Positions 1 through 10,982 of a stretch of 16,459 bases of DNA are shown here, piece after piece. The position numbers were made by a program, and so were the translations under genes. The DNA is from Salpingoeca rosetta (taxonomy: Eukaryota; Protista; Choanoflagellata): the NCBI GenBank assembly GCA_033442325.1, contig JAWQFM010000023.1, forward strand, positions 481,361 to 497,819, given 5' to 3'. The first letter of the stretch is position 1; every line of letters begins with the position of its first letter. The notes beneath the pieces are model-generated. The model was not told the DNA's origin and did no database searches. It worked only from the letters and a program-made list of their open reading frames with translations.

Positions 1-2329
1 GGCGCGGGCTCTGCTTCAGCCCATACAGCCCGCGCTTGAGGCGCAGGACCGTATTCGGCGAGAATATCCCGTCGACGGCCGGTGGCTGGACGTAGATCTC
101 GTGGTCCACGGGCGCGTTGAGGAACGCCGTGTTGACGTCCATCTGTTGGATGTCCATGCCACGCGCGACGGCCATGGCGAGCATGGTGCGGATGGCTGCG
201 ATGGTAGCCGTCGGAGCAAAGGTGTCCGTGTAGTTGACACCGTGGACCTGGGAGTAGCCTTTGGCAACCCAGCGCGCCTTGTACTTGATCACCTTGCCCT
301 GGTCATCGCGCTTCCTCCGAAAGATGACCATGCTGCGGAGCAGCTTGTGGCCCTTGGGAAGGTCAGCGCGAGGCACGACGTCGTAGACGTCATTGGCCTG
401 CATTGCCGCAAACTCGTCCAGGATGGCTTGGCGCCACTCCTCAGAGTCTGGCGAGGCAAGCGCCTCCTTGACGGTGGCTGGCTCAGCTGACGTGACAGCA
501 CTGTCAGCAGCGATGTCTGGTAGATGACCACCCACTGCTGATGTCTTCTCCCCCGTACCAGCAGCGCTGGTGGCAACGTGACACGTGGTGGTTGAGCCAC
601 CAGAGGTGTCCTTGTCGCCGAGGGTCTCGGACAACAGCAGCTGGTCCCAGACGGAGCCGCCAAGGGCGCGTGGCTGGAGCTGCGGCTCCCCCGCACGTGG
701 TGCAGGGGGAGCGCCGGTGGCACTGTCCTCGGTCGAACGCTGAGCGGTCTTGTTGGCATGCGAAGCAGAGGCACCGCTGTTCTGCTCTTGCTGCTGCTGA
801 GAGGAGGCGGCGTGCTTGTTCTTGATGGCGCCGAAGCGAGCGTGGATGGTGTGGACAACGCGTCGCGTGTCCGGCATCCAGACGACGTGGGCCTGGTCCT
901 CCTCGGCGAAGCCGACGTAGACGCCAACGCGTGAGCGTGGGTCAAGCTTGTGCCGCGTGCTGCTCTTCTCCACATGCACGTAGGCCGGCGAGCCGAAGAC
1001 GCGCAGCAGGCTGACGTCAAAGGGGTGCCCAGTCAGGGCCTCGAACGGTGACTTGTCCTTGAGGCTCCTGCGTGGAGCGATGTTGTGCAGCAGCGTGGCG
1101 TGCTGCACGGGCGAAACCCCAGAACGGCTTGTCCAGGTCCGCAGCAAAAAGCATCGTGCGCCGCCGTCTCGAAGAGGGTGCGGAAGGTGCGCTCCGCGGA
1201 TCCGTTTCTTGGCCTGCGAGTGCGGTGGCGAGAAGCGCTGCTTGATGTCGNNNNNNNNNNNNNNNNNNNNNNNNNNNNNNNNNNNNNNNNNNNNNNNNNN
1301 NNNNNNNNNNNNNNNNNNNNNNNNNNNNNNNNNNNNNNNNNNNNNNNNNNGCGGTCCTGGCGCAAGCTGCTCCAGGGACGGCGCCGACGTCGGTTCTTGT
1401 GCCGGATGAGAAACGTCCCAGGCGAAAACGCGTGCAGTCGTCGAAGAAGGTCAAGCGCGTAGCGTGCACCTCGCAGCGACGTCTCCTCCCAGCGGACCGG
1501 CGATGTCGGCGTAGAGCAGCTGGCATGGCCCCAGCGCTGCGTGGAGCAGACTGCTTCGGGATGGAGGCGCGCGTGCTCTTGCCAAGCGCACATGGTCCAC
1601 AGGTGACGATGTGCTTGGAAGAGGCCTGGGCAATCTGCTGCCGGATGGCGTCGACGGCCGCGCTGCTGCGATGGCCTAGCACGTCGTGTGCAGAGGCACC
1701 CTCGTCAGCATCCTCGGCTTCCCCATCGCTGCTGTGCACGAGCTCCCCCGCAAGCGCCGTGGCTTGTTGGGAGGTCGTGGTGCTGGCGTAGAGGAAGAGG
1801 TGGCCGGTGTCCTTGGACGGCAGCAGAGGCACGCTCCATGTGGCAAACTGGATGCGGCTGTCGTCCACAGCAATGACGACGGAAGCACCACGACGCGCGC
1901 GAGTCACCAGGTTCAGCGCCAGTATGTTGTACTTGATGTCGGGGACATGCAGCACGTTCTTCAGCGTGATGGTGCCTGGAGCGCCGTCGGTGCCAGTCAC
2001 GCGGAGCACGGCGTCGCCCTTGCCGATGACCGTGACGGTCTGGTTGTTGGCAACGGTGACGTGCTGCGTGACGGCGATGTAGTTGGTGAGGAGGGAGGCG
2101 TCGCTGGTGATGTGCGCCGTGGCACCGCTGTCAGCGAGCCACAGCTGTGGTGGCACTGGTCCGATGGCGTGGCCCTCCTCCTCGCCCTCGGGCTGCAGCA
2201 TGAGGGCATCGTGGTGGACGGCGAAGGTTTCCACGCGCTGAGGGCCGTGGCTGACGACGGCCGCCTTCTTGAATGGAGCTGCTCCTCCGTGCTGTGGGCG
2301 AGAGGATCCTGGCCGCTTGCCGTTGCCGT
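1..2329 (-). mobile_element. Ty1/copia LTR retrotransposon family A, copy A1, internal fragment (late gag-PR-IN-start of RT); cut at 2329 by the family-B LTR and runs off the window start
   Basis: Minus-strand translation gives protease WLADSGATAH, integrase zinc finger HDVLGH...CGPC, core LLYADIAGP and NGSAER, and RT motifs RWVAKGYSQ, QMDVNTAFLNA, LKRGLYGLKQSP. PR-IN-RT order is copia-type. Near-identical to the reverse complement of parts of 13187-15250. Confidence 0.95.
1..2329 (-). pseudogene. gag-pol: Family A gag-pol polyprotein, 5'-truncated fragment with frameshifts around 1100-1530 flanking the N gap
   Basis: Motifs as above. The 1017..2627 ORF is a chimera of antisense LTR and this pol frame. 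Confidence 0.85.
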
Positions 2330-2873
2330 TGTTGAGAGTCAGTGAGTTTCTGTTTTGTGTTGAGTCCTTCCTAATTTGCCTTCTCATGTGGTTTTGTCTT
2401 GTTTGCCAACAACACCTGCTTTGTGGTTTTTCCGTTGACAAACATTCCTTTCTCTCTGCTGGCATGTGTGCCAACTGCCTCTCCTCTCCTCCTCCTTCTG
2501 CACACGTGAGTTGTGTGTCATGTGTGCCATGTGTGTGTGCATGCCCGTCATGCTTGGCAAATGCCATGTGTGCGTGCCATGCAGTGTTGTGAAGTGTTGT
2601 CTGTTGTGTATGCTTGCCTGCAAGCATTCATGCCATGCTTAGCATTGCTCTGCGCGCATGTATGCATGCTGCTCATTGTTTAGATTGTTTGTGTTCGCGC
2701 ACACGCTGCCCATGTCGCCTTGGCAGCGTCATTGACTGTGTGTGCACTTGTCTAGTGTTTGTTTGAGCGTGCTGCCCGAGTTGATTTGGCAGTGCTTGTT
2801 CATTCTCCTTGTGTTCTTGTTTGTTGCGTTTGCCTACAGTAAACACACACACACCACCTGTCGTGTCTCAACA
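2330..2873 (+). repeat. 5' LTR of family B (544 bp)
   Basis: Starts TGTTGAGA and ends TCTCAACA, a perfect 8-bp terminal inverted repeat. Direct repeat of 11488-12039. Confidence 0.97.
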
Positions 2874-2889
2874 GATTATGAGACCCAGC
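2874..2889 (+). promoter_or_regulatory. Primer-binding site, half-tRNA-Met type
   Basis: GATTATGAGACCCAGC abuts the LTR's terminal CA. Its reverse complement GCTGGGTCTCATAATC contains a CAT anticodon loop (CTCATAA), analogous to the Drosophila copia PBS GGTTATGGGCCCAG. Confidence 0.8.
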
Positions 2890-2996
2890 CACTCCTGATC
2901 ATCATCGCCACTTGTCTCACACTCGCTTGTGCTTCTTCTCTCCCTTCTGCTTGTTCCCCTCTCTTGTTTCTCCATCACCTTCCTTGAGCGTGCAGT

Positions 2997-5900
2997 ATGT
3001 CTGACCCGTCGGACCACGTCGTTTCCACGCCAGGATTCAAGATGGACCTGCCCAAGTTCTCTGGCTCGCCCGGCACCTTTCATGCGTGGAGCATTCGCAT
3101 GAAGATGGCGCTCAAGCTCCGCGGCGACGAGGTCTGGGCAGCTGTGGAGGCAGGAGCATCGTCATCGGGAGGTCCAAGCTCAGCGACACGCTCAAGTGCA
3201 AGGAGACCGACAGCAGGAGATCACGCCAACCTCACCGCTGCAAACCTCAACGCGTCCACGCTCTCAGGCTACCCCCTTCTCCTCTTCACCAACGGAGAAG
3301 CAGACGTCAACGCCGGCCAAGGATGGGCCCGGCTCAAGGACCACTACGCTTCGCAGGACCGCCTCCGCATCGCAGAGCTCAAGGAGGCGCAGCTTCACGT
3401 TCCCTGCGGCAACCTGGCCCGCTTCTTCGAGCGACACATGGAGCTGCAGCAGCAGTTGCAGGACGCAGGCGTGCGCCAGGACAACGAGGACCTCTTCACC
3501 ATCGTCTGGAAGCAGCTGCCACGCTGGACAGCCCCGCTCACGCTTCCCTACTTTGCCAGTGGCCGCTTTCCCTCCCTCCTCGAGCTCAGCATCAGGCTGC
3601 AGCAGTTGGAGCAGCAGATGCGTGGTTCACGCACACGGCCGCAGGCAGGCGGCTTCATGGCAAGTGCACCGCCACGCAGAGGTGGAAGACGCGGCTTCTC
3701 CAACAACAGCAACAACCACGGACGCCAGGGACGCAACAACGGCGGTGGTAACGGCAACGGCAACGGCAAGGGGCGCCGCTTCCGTGGCAACTGTCACTAC
3801 TGTGGCAAGTATGGACACCGTGCAGCAGAGTGTCGCAAGAAGCAACGCGACAACGGAGCAACAGGCTTCACTGCACAGGCACAGCATCAACATGATCAAG
3901 GCGCAGCAACCTTCGTCGCTGCCACAGCTACTACACCCACGCAGCTGCATGACCCACTCACGTGGCTTGCAGACACGGGTGCTTCACACCACCTCACCTT
4001 CGTCAAGGACGCCTTCGTGGAGCTGACACCGCACCTGCAACAGCACCATCCACGCCACATCACTGCGTTTGGCGGCACACGTGTGCCCGTGCGCGGTGTT
4101 GGCTCTGTGCTGTTGCATGCACGCACGACGAGCGGAGCTACGATGCAGATTGTGCTACAGGAGTGCCTCTACGTGCCCGAGGGCCAGGCCAACCTCATCG
4201 CCCTCGGTCGTCTGACCCGGGACAGCAGCGGCAGGCCAACGGGCCACTCGCAGCGTGATGGCGCTGATGGGCACTACGTGCGCTTCAGCCACGGAGCCGA
4301 GGTCAAGCTGAAGGAGCGCAACAGCCTCCGATGCTGGCCCATTGTTGCTGTTGGTCCATCCACGGCACACGGTCTCACCGCCGATGCCTGCAAGCAACCA
4401 CAGCAACCCGCAGCAGCTCCTGCAGCCCAGAGCAAAGCACAGACACCATCGATGCATGAGGTGCTTGGCCACCGCAACGACAACGACGTGCAGAAGTACT
4501 GCAAGCTGATGGGCATCGACGATCGCAACGCCATCAGCAGCAAGCAGTGTACAACGTGCGCAGTGACCAAGAGCACTCGTCACAGCGTCAGCAAGCACGC
4601 GGAGCGCACACAGGTGCCCGGCGAGCGCATCCACGCCGACATCGTCGACTGGACCGCGGACTCACCCACGGGCAAGCGCTACAGCCTCGTCATCGTCGAT
4701 GAGGGCAGTAAGCTCTTACATGCAGTCCACCTCAACGCCAAGAAGGACGCAGTTGCCGCGTTCCAGTCTTTCCTGCGCGAGACCAAGCTCCCCATCTCGC
4801 CCACAACAACAGCACTCCAGACGGATTCCGATGCCATCTTCCTCGGAGCTGACTTCCAGGCCATCGTCAAGAAGCACCTGAAGCAGCACCAGCAGTCCCC
4901 GCCGTACACCCAGGCGCAGAACGGCATCGTCGAGCGACAGGTGCGCACCCTCTCCGACATGGTGCGAGCCATGATCACGGGTGCAGGCCTTGACGCATCG
5001 TACTGGAGCCTCGCCTGCAACCACGCCCTGCACATCCTCAACAACATGCCTCGCCCTTCCCTCCACGGCAAGACACCGCTGCAGATTGTCACGGGCTCGC
5101 TGCCCAAGCACGTGCCGCAGCTGCACATCTTCGGGCAGCCGGCCGTCGTCCACATCAGCACACAGCGCGGACGCCTGCAGCCCAAGGGTCGTCGAGGCAT
5201 CTACGTCGGCCACAACAGCAGCAGCAACAGCCACCTCGTCTACTTCGCAGACACAAACACTGTTGTGTCCTCCATCCACGTCCGCTTCCTTCCCTTCTCC
5301 AAGGCCGATGTCATGGATGAGGGGGAGGAGCAAGTGCAGACATCCACGACATCGTCCATGCTCCAGCTTCCCAGTGCACGTGACAGCAGCAACAGCACCA
5401 CTGACGGTGAGCCACCAACAGTTCACATCGACGAGGAGCAGGACGAGGATGTCGAGACAGACTTCCTGCTCACGGACTTTGACGCCGACAGCAGCAGCGA
5501 CACCAACGACGCCAACTACGACCCCGACACAACAGATGCAAGCGACACCGAGGCAGGCGCGTTCACAGCAAGCAGCAGTGGCGACACCAGCCTCACTGAG
5601 CCTGCAAGCATCAAGCAGGCACTCAAGAGCCAGCAACGCAAGCAGTGGACTCAGGCATGCTTGGAGGAGATCGGGGCGATGGAGCGCAACGGCGTCATCA
5701 AGCTCATCCCACGCAGCGCAGTGCCACGGCAGCACACGCCTCTCAAGTCGCGCTTCGTCTTCAAGGTGAAGCGTGATGCGGAAGGCACGCCGACGCGCTT
5801 CAAGGCACGCTGGGTCGCCAAGGGCTTCAGCCAACGACCGGGCATCGACTTCCACCAGACCTACGCCCCAACACCAGCAGCCAAGACCATCCTCACTGTG

Positions 5901-6716
5901 CTCGCCGTCTCCCTGCAACGACAGCACCAGCTGCACCAGCTCGACTTCAAGTCGGCTTACCTGCAGGCTGATCTCAAGGAGGAGCTGTACATGGAGCTGC
6001 CGCCGCACTTCACCGACATCGGCGACGGCGCTCAACGCTACGCGGGCAAGGTGTGCCGGCTGCTCAAGCCGCTCTACGGCCTCAAGCAAGCTGGCCGTGC
6101 ATGGGCCAAGAAGCTGCACACCTTCCTCAAGACCAACGGATGGGCGCAAAGCAATGTCGACGCCTGCCTCTTCACCAAGCTCCACGACGACGGACAGCGC
6201 ACATGGATCATCACGTACGTCGACGACCTCATCATCAGCGGCAGCAGCGAGCGCCACATCCGTGCCTGCAAGCAGCAGATCAAGGAGAGCTTCGAGGCAG
6301 AGGACCTGGGCCCGCTCACCTGGTACCTGGGCCTTCACCTGACGTCACCAGCTGACGGGGTGTTGCACATTGCGCAGACACAGGCCATCAACGACATCGT
6401 CAACGACTACAACCTGGCAGCGGCAACCAGCGTGTCCACGCCCATGCGTGTTGGCATCGACGCCTCCAGCATCAGCGAGCAGCCCGACCGACGCTTGCCT
6501 TTCCGCAACCTCGTCGGCTCGCTGTTGTACCTGGCCAACCGCACCAGACCAGACGTCAGCTTCGCGTGCGGACTGCTCTGCCGTTACATGGACCGTTACA
6601 CGACGGTCCACTGGCAGGCAGCCAAGCACGTCGTGCGGTACCTGAAGGCGACGAGCCAGCACGGCCTCCTCTTCAAGCGACGCAGCGGCACGCGCAAGGA
6701 CCAGCCGCTGGACCTT
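2997..6716 (+). CDS. gag-pol: Family B gag-pol polyprotein, part 1 (Gag with CCHC knuckle, protease, integrase, reverse transcriptase), uninterrupted up to the transposon insertion
   Basis: 1240 open codons: CHYCGKYGHRAAEC (3792-3833), WLADTGASHH (3963), HEVLGH...CTTC, HADIV/QTDSD/NGIVER integrase DDE, RFKARWVAKGFSQ, LDFKSAYL, LYGLKQAG, YVDD (6216). The final ~19 aa of the 2997..6776 ORF are read-through into the inserted element. Confidence 0.96.
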
Positions 6717-6744
6717 AGAGAGTTTTTACAAACGGCATTGCCGG
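6717..6744 (+). repeat. Left terminal inverted repeat
   Basis: AGAGAGTTTTTACAAACGGCATTGCCGG versus the right-end reverse complement AGAGAGATTACAAGCGGCAATGCAGG: 22 matching positions with one 2-bp indel. Confidence 0.85.
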
Positions 6745-6979
6745 TGAAATTGCCGATCAACCCCCATTTTTGCTGACTCAGACGTGCCGCTTCCGTCAAA
6801 CCGCTTCGGCAACGGCAACGATTGACCACTAATCATGGCAAACTCTGGCCGGCTTGTGGCAATTGCCGGTGAGGACGCTTCTTGAGCGCTGCCGCAACAA
6901 TTCTTGCTGCGGTTCGTGGTGTCGATGTGTTCGCGCCACTTTGTTCTGGATGGTGGTGGCGGTGATTGGTGGTGGTGGA

Positions 6980-8460
6980 ATGGAGTCCGTGCCGATCCCA
7001 ACGGCGTCGCTGCTACTGCAGGAGTGGCAGCAGCCACAACAACAGCAGCAGCAGCCACAACAACAGCAGCCACAACAACAGCAGCAGCAGCAACAGCAGC
7101 AGCAACAGCAGCAGCCACAGCAGCAGCAACAGCAGCAGCAACAGCAGCAGCAACAACACGCAGCATACGAGGAGGCCTGTCGCGATAGCGGGCTCACAAC
7201 CCGTAGTCCCCTACCACCATCTCCTACACAACAACAAGGTACATCGTCCACTTCGCCAGTCGAGCGACACCGCCTCTCAGCACGGGTCACTTGGACGGAC
7301 GAGTTCAAGGTATGTGCCTGTGTGTGCCTGTGTGTGTGTGTTGTTTGTTTGTGTGTGCATCGGTGTCTGTGTCTGTGTCTGTGTGTGTCTGTGCGTGTCT
7401 GTCTGCGTGTGCGTCTGTGCGTGTCTGTGTGTGCCTGTGTGTGTATGTGTGTGCCTGTGTGTGTATGTGTGTGCCTGTGTGTGCATATTCGCCTCAGTGA
7501 AGCTCATTTGGCTTGCACTGTTGGGTGTGAACATGTCATTCTGCAAACACATAGGCCGACGTTATCAACATTGCAATTNNNNNNNNNNNNNNNNNNNNNN
7601 NNNNNNNNNNNNNNNNNNNNNNNNNNNNNNNNNNNNNNNNNNNNNNNNNNNNNNNNNNNNNNNNNNNNNNNNNNNNNNNNNNNNNNNNNNNNNNNNNNNN
7701 NNNNNNNNNNNNNNNNNNNNNNNNNNNNNNNNNNNNNNNNNNNNNNNNNNNNNNNNNNNNNNNNNNNNNNNNNNNNNNNNNNNNNNNNNNNNNNNNNNNN
7801 NNNNNNNNNNNNNNNNNNNNNNNNNNNNNNNNNNNNNNNNNNNNNNNNNNNNNNNNNNNNNNNNNNNNNNNNNNNNNNNNNNNNNNNNNNNNNNNNNNNN
7901 NNNNNNNNNNNNNNNNNNNNNNNNNNNNNNNNNNNNNNNNNNNNNNNNNNNNNNNNNNNCACTGTTCATCGAGCAGGCAAGTGCGCCCCCTCAAATCGGC
8001 AACGACGCTCGCACGCGAGCAGCGCCAAGCAGAAGAGCAAGAGATGATCGACGCGGCCCATGCAGTCTGGCAGGATCGCTGAGTCGGTGGATGACGTGCC
8101 AACACCCAAGAAACCCAAGAAGAACCATCGATCCAAGTCAATCGACGACACGCAGGTATTTCATCGGGCACTTGACGCGCTCCTTGAGGATTGCAAGCGC
8201 GCAAGGGAACAGCAAGAGAGGTAAGCATGTTCTCGTTGTCATTGTATCCGTGGTGTCTGTTCGATGGGTGCTTGCAATTACATTGCGGCGTTTGTAGAGC
8301 ATTGTTACAACCTGCTATTGAGTCACATAGCCGCCCCGTGCGTCTTTCTTGATGGCGTTTGCATGACAGACAGACCGAAGCTTGGCTTGCGATTGCCAAA
8401 CTGGTCACCGACAGGCTTTTGCCGCCGCCATCACCTTCGGGCGAAGAGAGAACACCATAA
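6980..8460 (+). CDS. Putative transposon accessory protein (polyQ N-terminus, possible Myb/SANT-like start), spliced, middle part hidden in the N gap
   Basis: Exon 6980 (or 6950)-7309 MESVP...polyQ...RVTWTDEFK, then a GTATGT donor and TG-rich intron. After the gap, an exon ending at 8220 (...PTPKKPKKNHRSK...LDALLEDCKRAREQQE) with a GTAAGC donor. Last exon 8370-8460 (QTEAWLAIAKLVTDRLL...*) is in compatible phase. One apparent +1 frameshift near 8058. Start codon uncertain. Confidence 0.65.
7028..7158 (+). repeat. CAG/CAA trinucleotide repeat encoding a polyglutamine tract with interspersed Pro
   Basis: cagcagccacaacaacagcagcag... translating to QQPQQQQQQPQQQQPQQQ... Confidence 0.9.
7311..7483 (+). 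repeat. Degenerate (TG)n microsatellite in an intron of the accessory gene
   Basis: tgtgtgcctg/tgtgtc units directly after the GT donor at 7310. Confidence 0.85.
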
Positions 8461-8728
8461 GGCTTCCGCATCATCTAGCGACCGCTGTCCTGCTGTGTGT
8501 CTTCAACTCTCATTTTACGTGCTTGTGTGTTTGTGAAGCGTGTGTGCCTTCTCAGCCGTTTCACGCCCATTCGTGTGCGCGTGAGCATGTGCGTGAGTGT
8601 GTGTGTGTGTGTGTCTGTGATCGGCAGTTCATCTGTGCGTGTTTAATACACCATTTGCATGCAGAGCTAATCGACATCACACACTGCGTTCATATAGAAG
8701 CGACAAACAAAGACAGAGGTGGCCATGA

Positions 8729-10866
8729 TCACACATACTCTTCAAGCTCAGGGGGATCCAGACCCGTGAAGTCAGACGTCTCACACCCGTACAAACAGGT
8801 GTGACAATTGCAGAGTAAACACGCGACAAGGCATAGTTTACCGACAGGTTGCCACAGCACCTTGAGGTTCTTGCCGAAGTCAAGGAACGCAAAGATTGTG
8901 AAGAGCTTGCCAAAGCCCCATTCCACACTGCATCAGATGTAAGCAAGTATGCATGTTTTTGTCAGTCGTTGAACGAATGGCACGAGAGCATAACAATAGG
9001 AGGCTCTGGAGTTCACCACGCACACACACGCTCTCACACACGCAAGACAACACACGCGAGCACACACACAAACACGCGCACACACACCTTTGCCGAAACT
9101 TTGACATCAAGTAGTTGTGCCGTCGCTAAAGTCGCCCACCACACATGGATAGGTGCAGACGCGAGAGTAATTGAGTATGCAAACACAGCGTTCGGTGGCT
9201 GTGCGAGGTGGATACGTTGTCTTGGTTCGATTGCAGCCAGTAAGGATGTAAGTGAAGGTGGTGTATGTGTGCACGTTTTGTGCACATCATCGGGCCTCAC
9301 CTTTGCACTTCCTGCGGGCGGCTGTCGGAAAGGCCGTCGAAGCCTGGGGCCCCAGGGATACGCACCGTCCCCATAAAGCATATAGCCATCGGGGACATCT
9401 GCAGGCGGGAGCAAAGGCAATACAATGGGATGGACAGTTCAAAGGTCGTTGATCGCACATCCGCCAACCTCACTAGCAAGTTGCTATGACACAAGCAGCC
9501 TCTGACAACGTGACAACGTACCAAGTCTGTTGATGTGTCCCTCCACGCGGGACTCATGGTACATCCTGGCGTCGTGGTGAGTCCCTGGGAACGGTCCAAA
9601 GAAACTCGCCATCAGTCCACAGGGGGTCATGACCCCCTGGAACTTGATGGCGTGCGTCCGTTTGTAACCTGTATAGAGGATATCCTCAAAGATAACAGGA
9701 CGACAAACAGACTTCACGGTCCCGTCAATGAAACCGAAGAAGTGGGGAGGTGCTGGGCAGCCCTAGTGGGGGGGGGTGAGCTTGCATTAGCAAACACGCA
9801 CACACACACGCACGCACACACACAGACGCACACAGACGCACAGATATACACACATACGCACACGCACACGCACACACGCATGCACACACACATACGCACA
9901 CGCACACACACACGCATGCACACACACACGCACACACGCATGCACACACACATACGCATGCACACACACATACGCATGCACACACACATACGCACACGCA
10001 CACACACACACGCACACACACACACACGCACGCATGCACACACGCATGCACACACACACACACGCATGCACACAGACACAGGCATACACAGACACACGCA
10101 TGCACACAGACACACGCATGCACACAGACACACGCATGCACACACACGCACTAACCTTTCGTTCCAAGGTGTCAGCATACAGCTTGCACCGCTCCTTGGA
10201 CAGCATAGTTTCATCAAACGCAATCTGTACCAAACAAACACAAGGTGGCCAAGTAAGACCAGAGCAGTTCAATACAGACATGCATGACGTGCAAGGCCAG
10301 GAACAGCACACCTTGTTCTTGTATCGCGCGAAGAGGTCATCCAGGACGCAGTTGATAACACTTGAGATCTTTGCTTCACTCCATGCCACAAGCGCAATCT
10401 GAATCTCCACGAGCCGACAAGGGTATGCCAGTCTGTAGAGTAACAGTGCCAGCGCCTCCACGCCACGGGCCCTGATGCCACACACGACATTCCCATCAGC
10501 GATCAACCCTTGAACAACCAAGTGCACAATTAAGCCCCATCAGCTACGACTAATCCGTATCGGTGTACCATTTGCATACCTGTATCCATGGCGAGTAACG
10601 TACGTGTCTGGGATGCGAAGTGCATCCGCCAACCGAAGCATATCGTCCACAGTATTGACGCGGAACAAGCGGTAGAATGCCCCAGGGTCAATGCGATGCA
10701 GATCAAGCCTCGCCCCCGGGTCACACCTCACACGTGGGGGCCGTTTACACAGTGACAGGAGTCGCGCAACTAAGACCAATGCCATGTCAACCCTCGAAGA
10801 CAGCATAGCAAGCATCAACAAGCGCCTGAGGTACCGCCTTTGGCGCCAAGACGAAGACCGAGGCAT
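8729..10866 (-). CDS. HARBI1-like DDE transposase (DDE_Tnp_4 type), 7 exons, 363 aa
   Basis: Exons 10866-10580, 10471-10312, 10224-10156, 9762-9522, 9398-9301, 9125-9088 and 8927-8729 total 1092 nt. All six introns are GT-AG and phase-compatible. Protein motifs: [68 protein letters not shown]. Confidence 0.92.
9793..10150. repeat. Degenerate (CA)n microsatellite filling transposase intron 3 (10155-9763)
   Basis: cacacacacgcatg / cacacacatacg units over about 360 bp. Confidence 0.9.
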
Positions 10867-10953
10867 CCCGCGCGCCCACGACAAACCAACGGCAAAGCCG
10901 TCGTAAAGTCAAACTCCGCCACCTTCGCCGAACCACAACCACACCGTCATTTT

Positions 10954-10979
10954 CCTGCATTGCCGCTTGTAATCTCTCT
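10954..10979 (-). repeat. Right terminal inverted repeat
   Basis: CCTGCATTGCCGCTTGTAATCTCTCT, the inverse of 6717-6744, followed directly by the CTT duplication. Confidence 0.85.
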
Positions 10980-10982
10980 CTT

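Larger units (their letters stand above)
6717..10979 (-). mobile_element. PIF/Harbinger-superfamily (PHIS) DNA transposon, two-gene autonomous-type copy, 4263 bp including an N gap
   Basis: Flanked by CTT (6714-6716 and 10980-10982). Removing the element plus one CTT restores ...PLDL-VCYSDASF in frame. Imperfect TIRs; encodes a HARBI1-like DDE transposase and a convergent second gene. Confidence 0.93.

Noticed and set aside
2315-2332. ACGGCAACGGCAAG shared between the A1 junction (minus strand) and B gag (~3757-3770)
   Set aside because: A low-complexity Asn-Gly codon repeat. The junction is a clean LTR TG end and needs no microhomology.
2269-2987. Short ORFs within the LTRs (duplicated at 11324-11785)
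   Set aside because: They exist twice only because the LTR is repeated; low complexity and no coding signature.
4716-6338. 540-aa antisense ORF and other long alternative-frame ORFs over pol
   Set aside because: Shadow ORFs expected from strong GC3 codon bias; no recognisable motifs.
6835-6870. Upstream ATG exon (MANSGRLVAIA, GTGAGG donor) for the accessory gene
   Set aside because: The phase-1 donor does not fit the obvious acceptor at 7021 in the polyQ frame, and unspliced it stops after 16 codons.
9535-10287. His/Thr-rich and Cys/Val-rich ORFs (also 7277-7552 and the poly-Cys/Ala frames at 6726-7308)
   Set aside because: Translations of intronic CA/TG microsatellites or alternative frames of the polyQ repeat.
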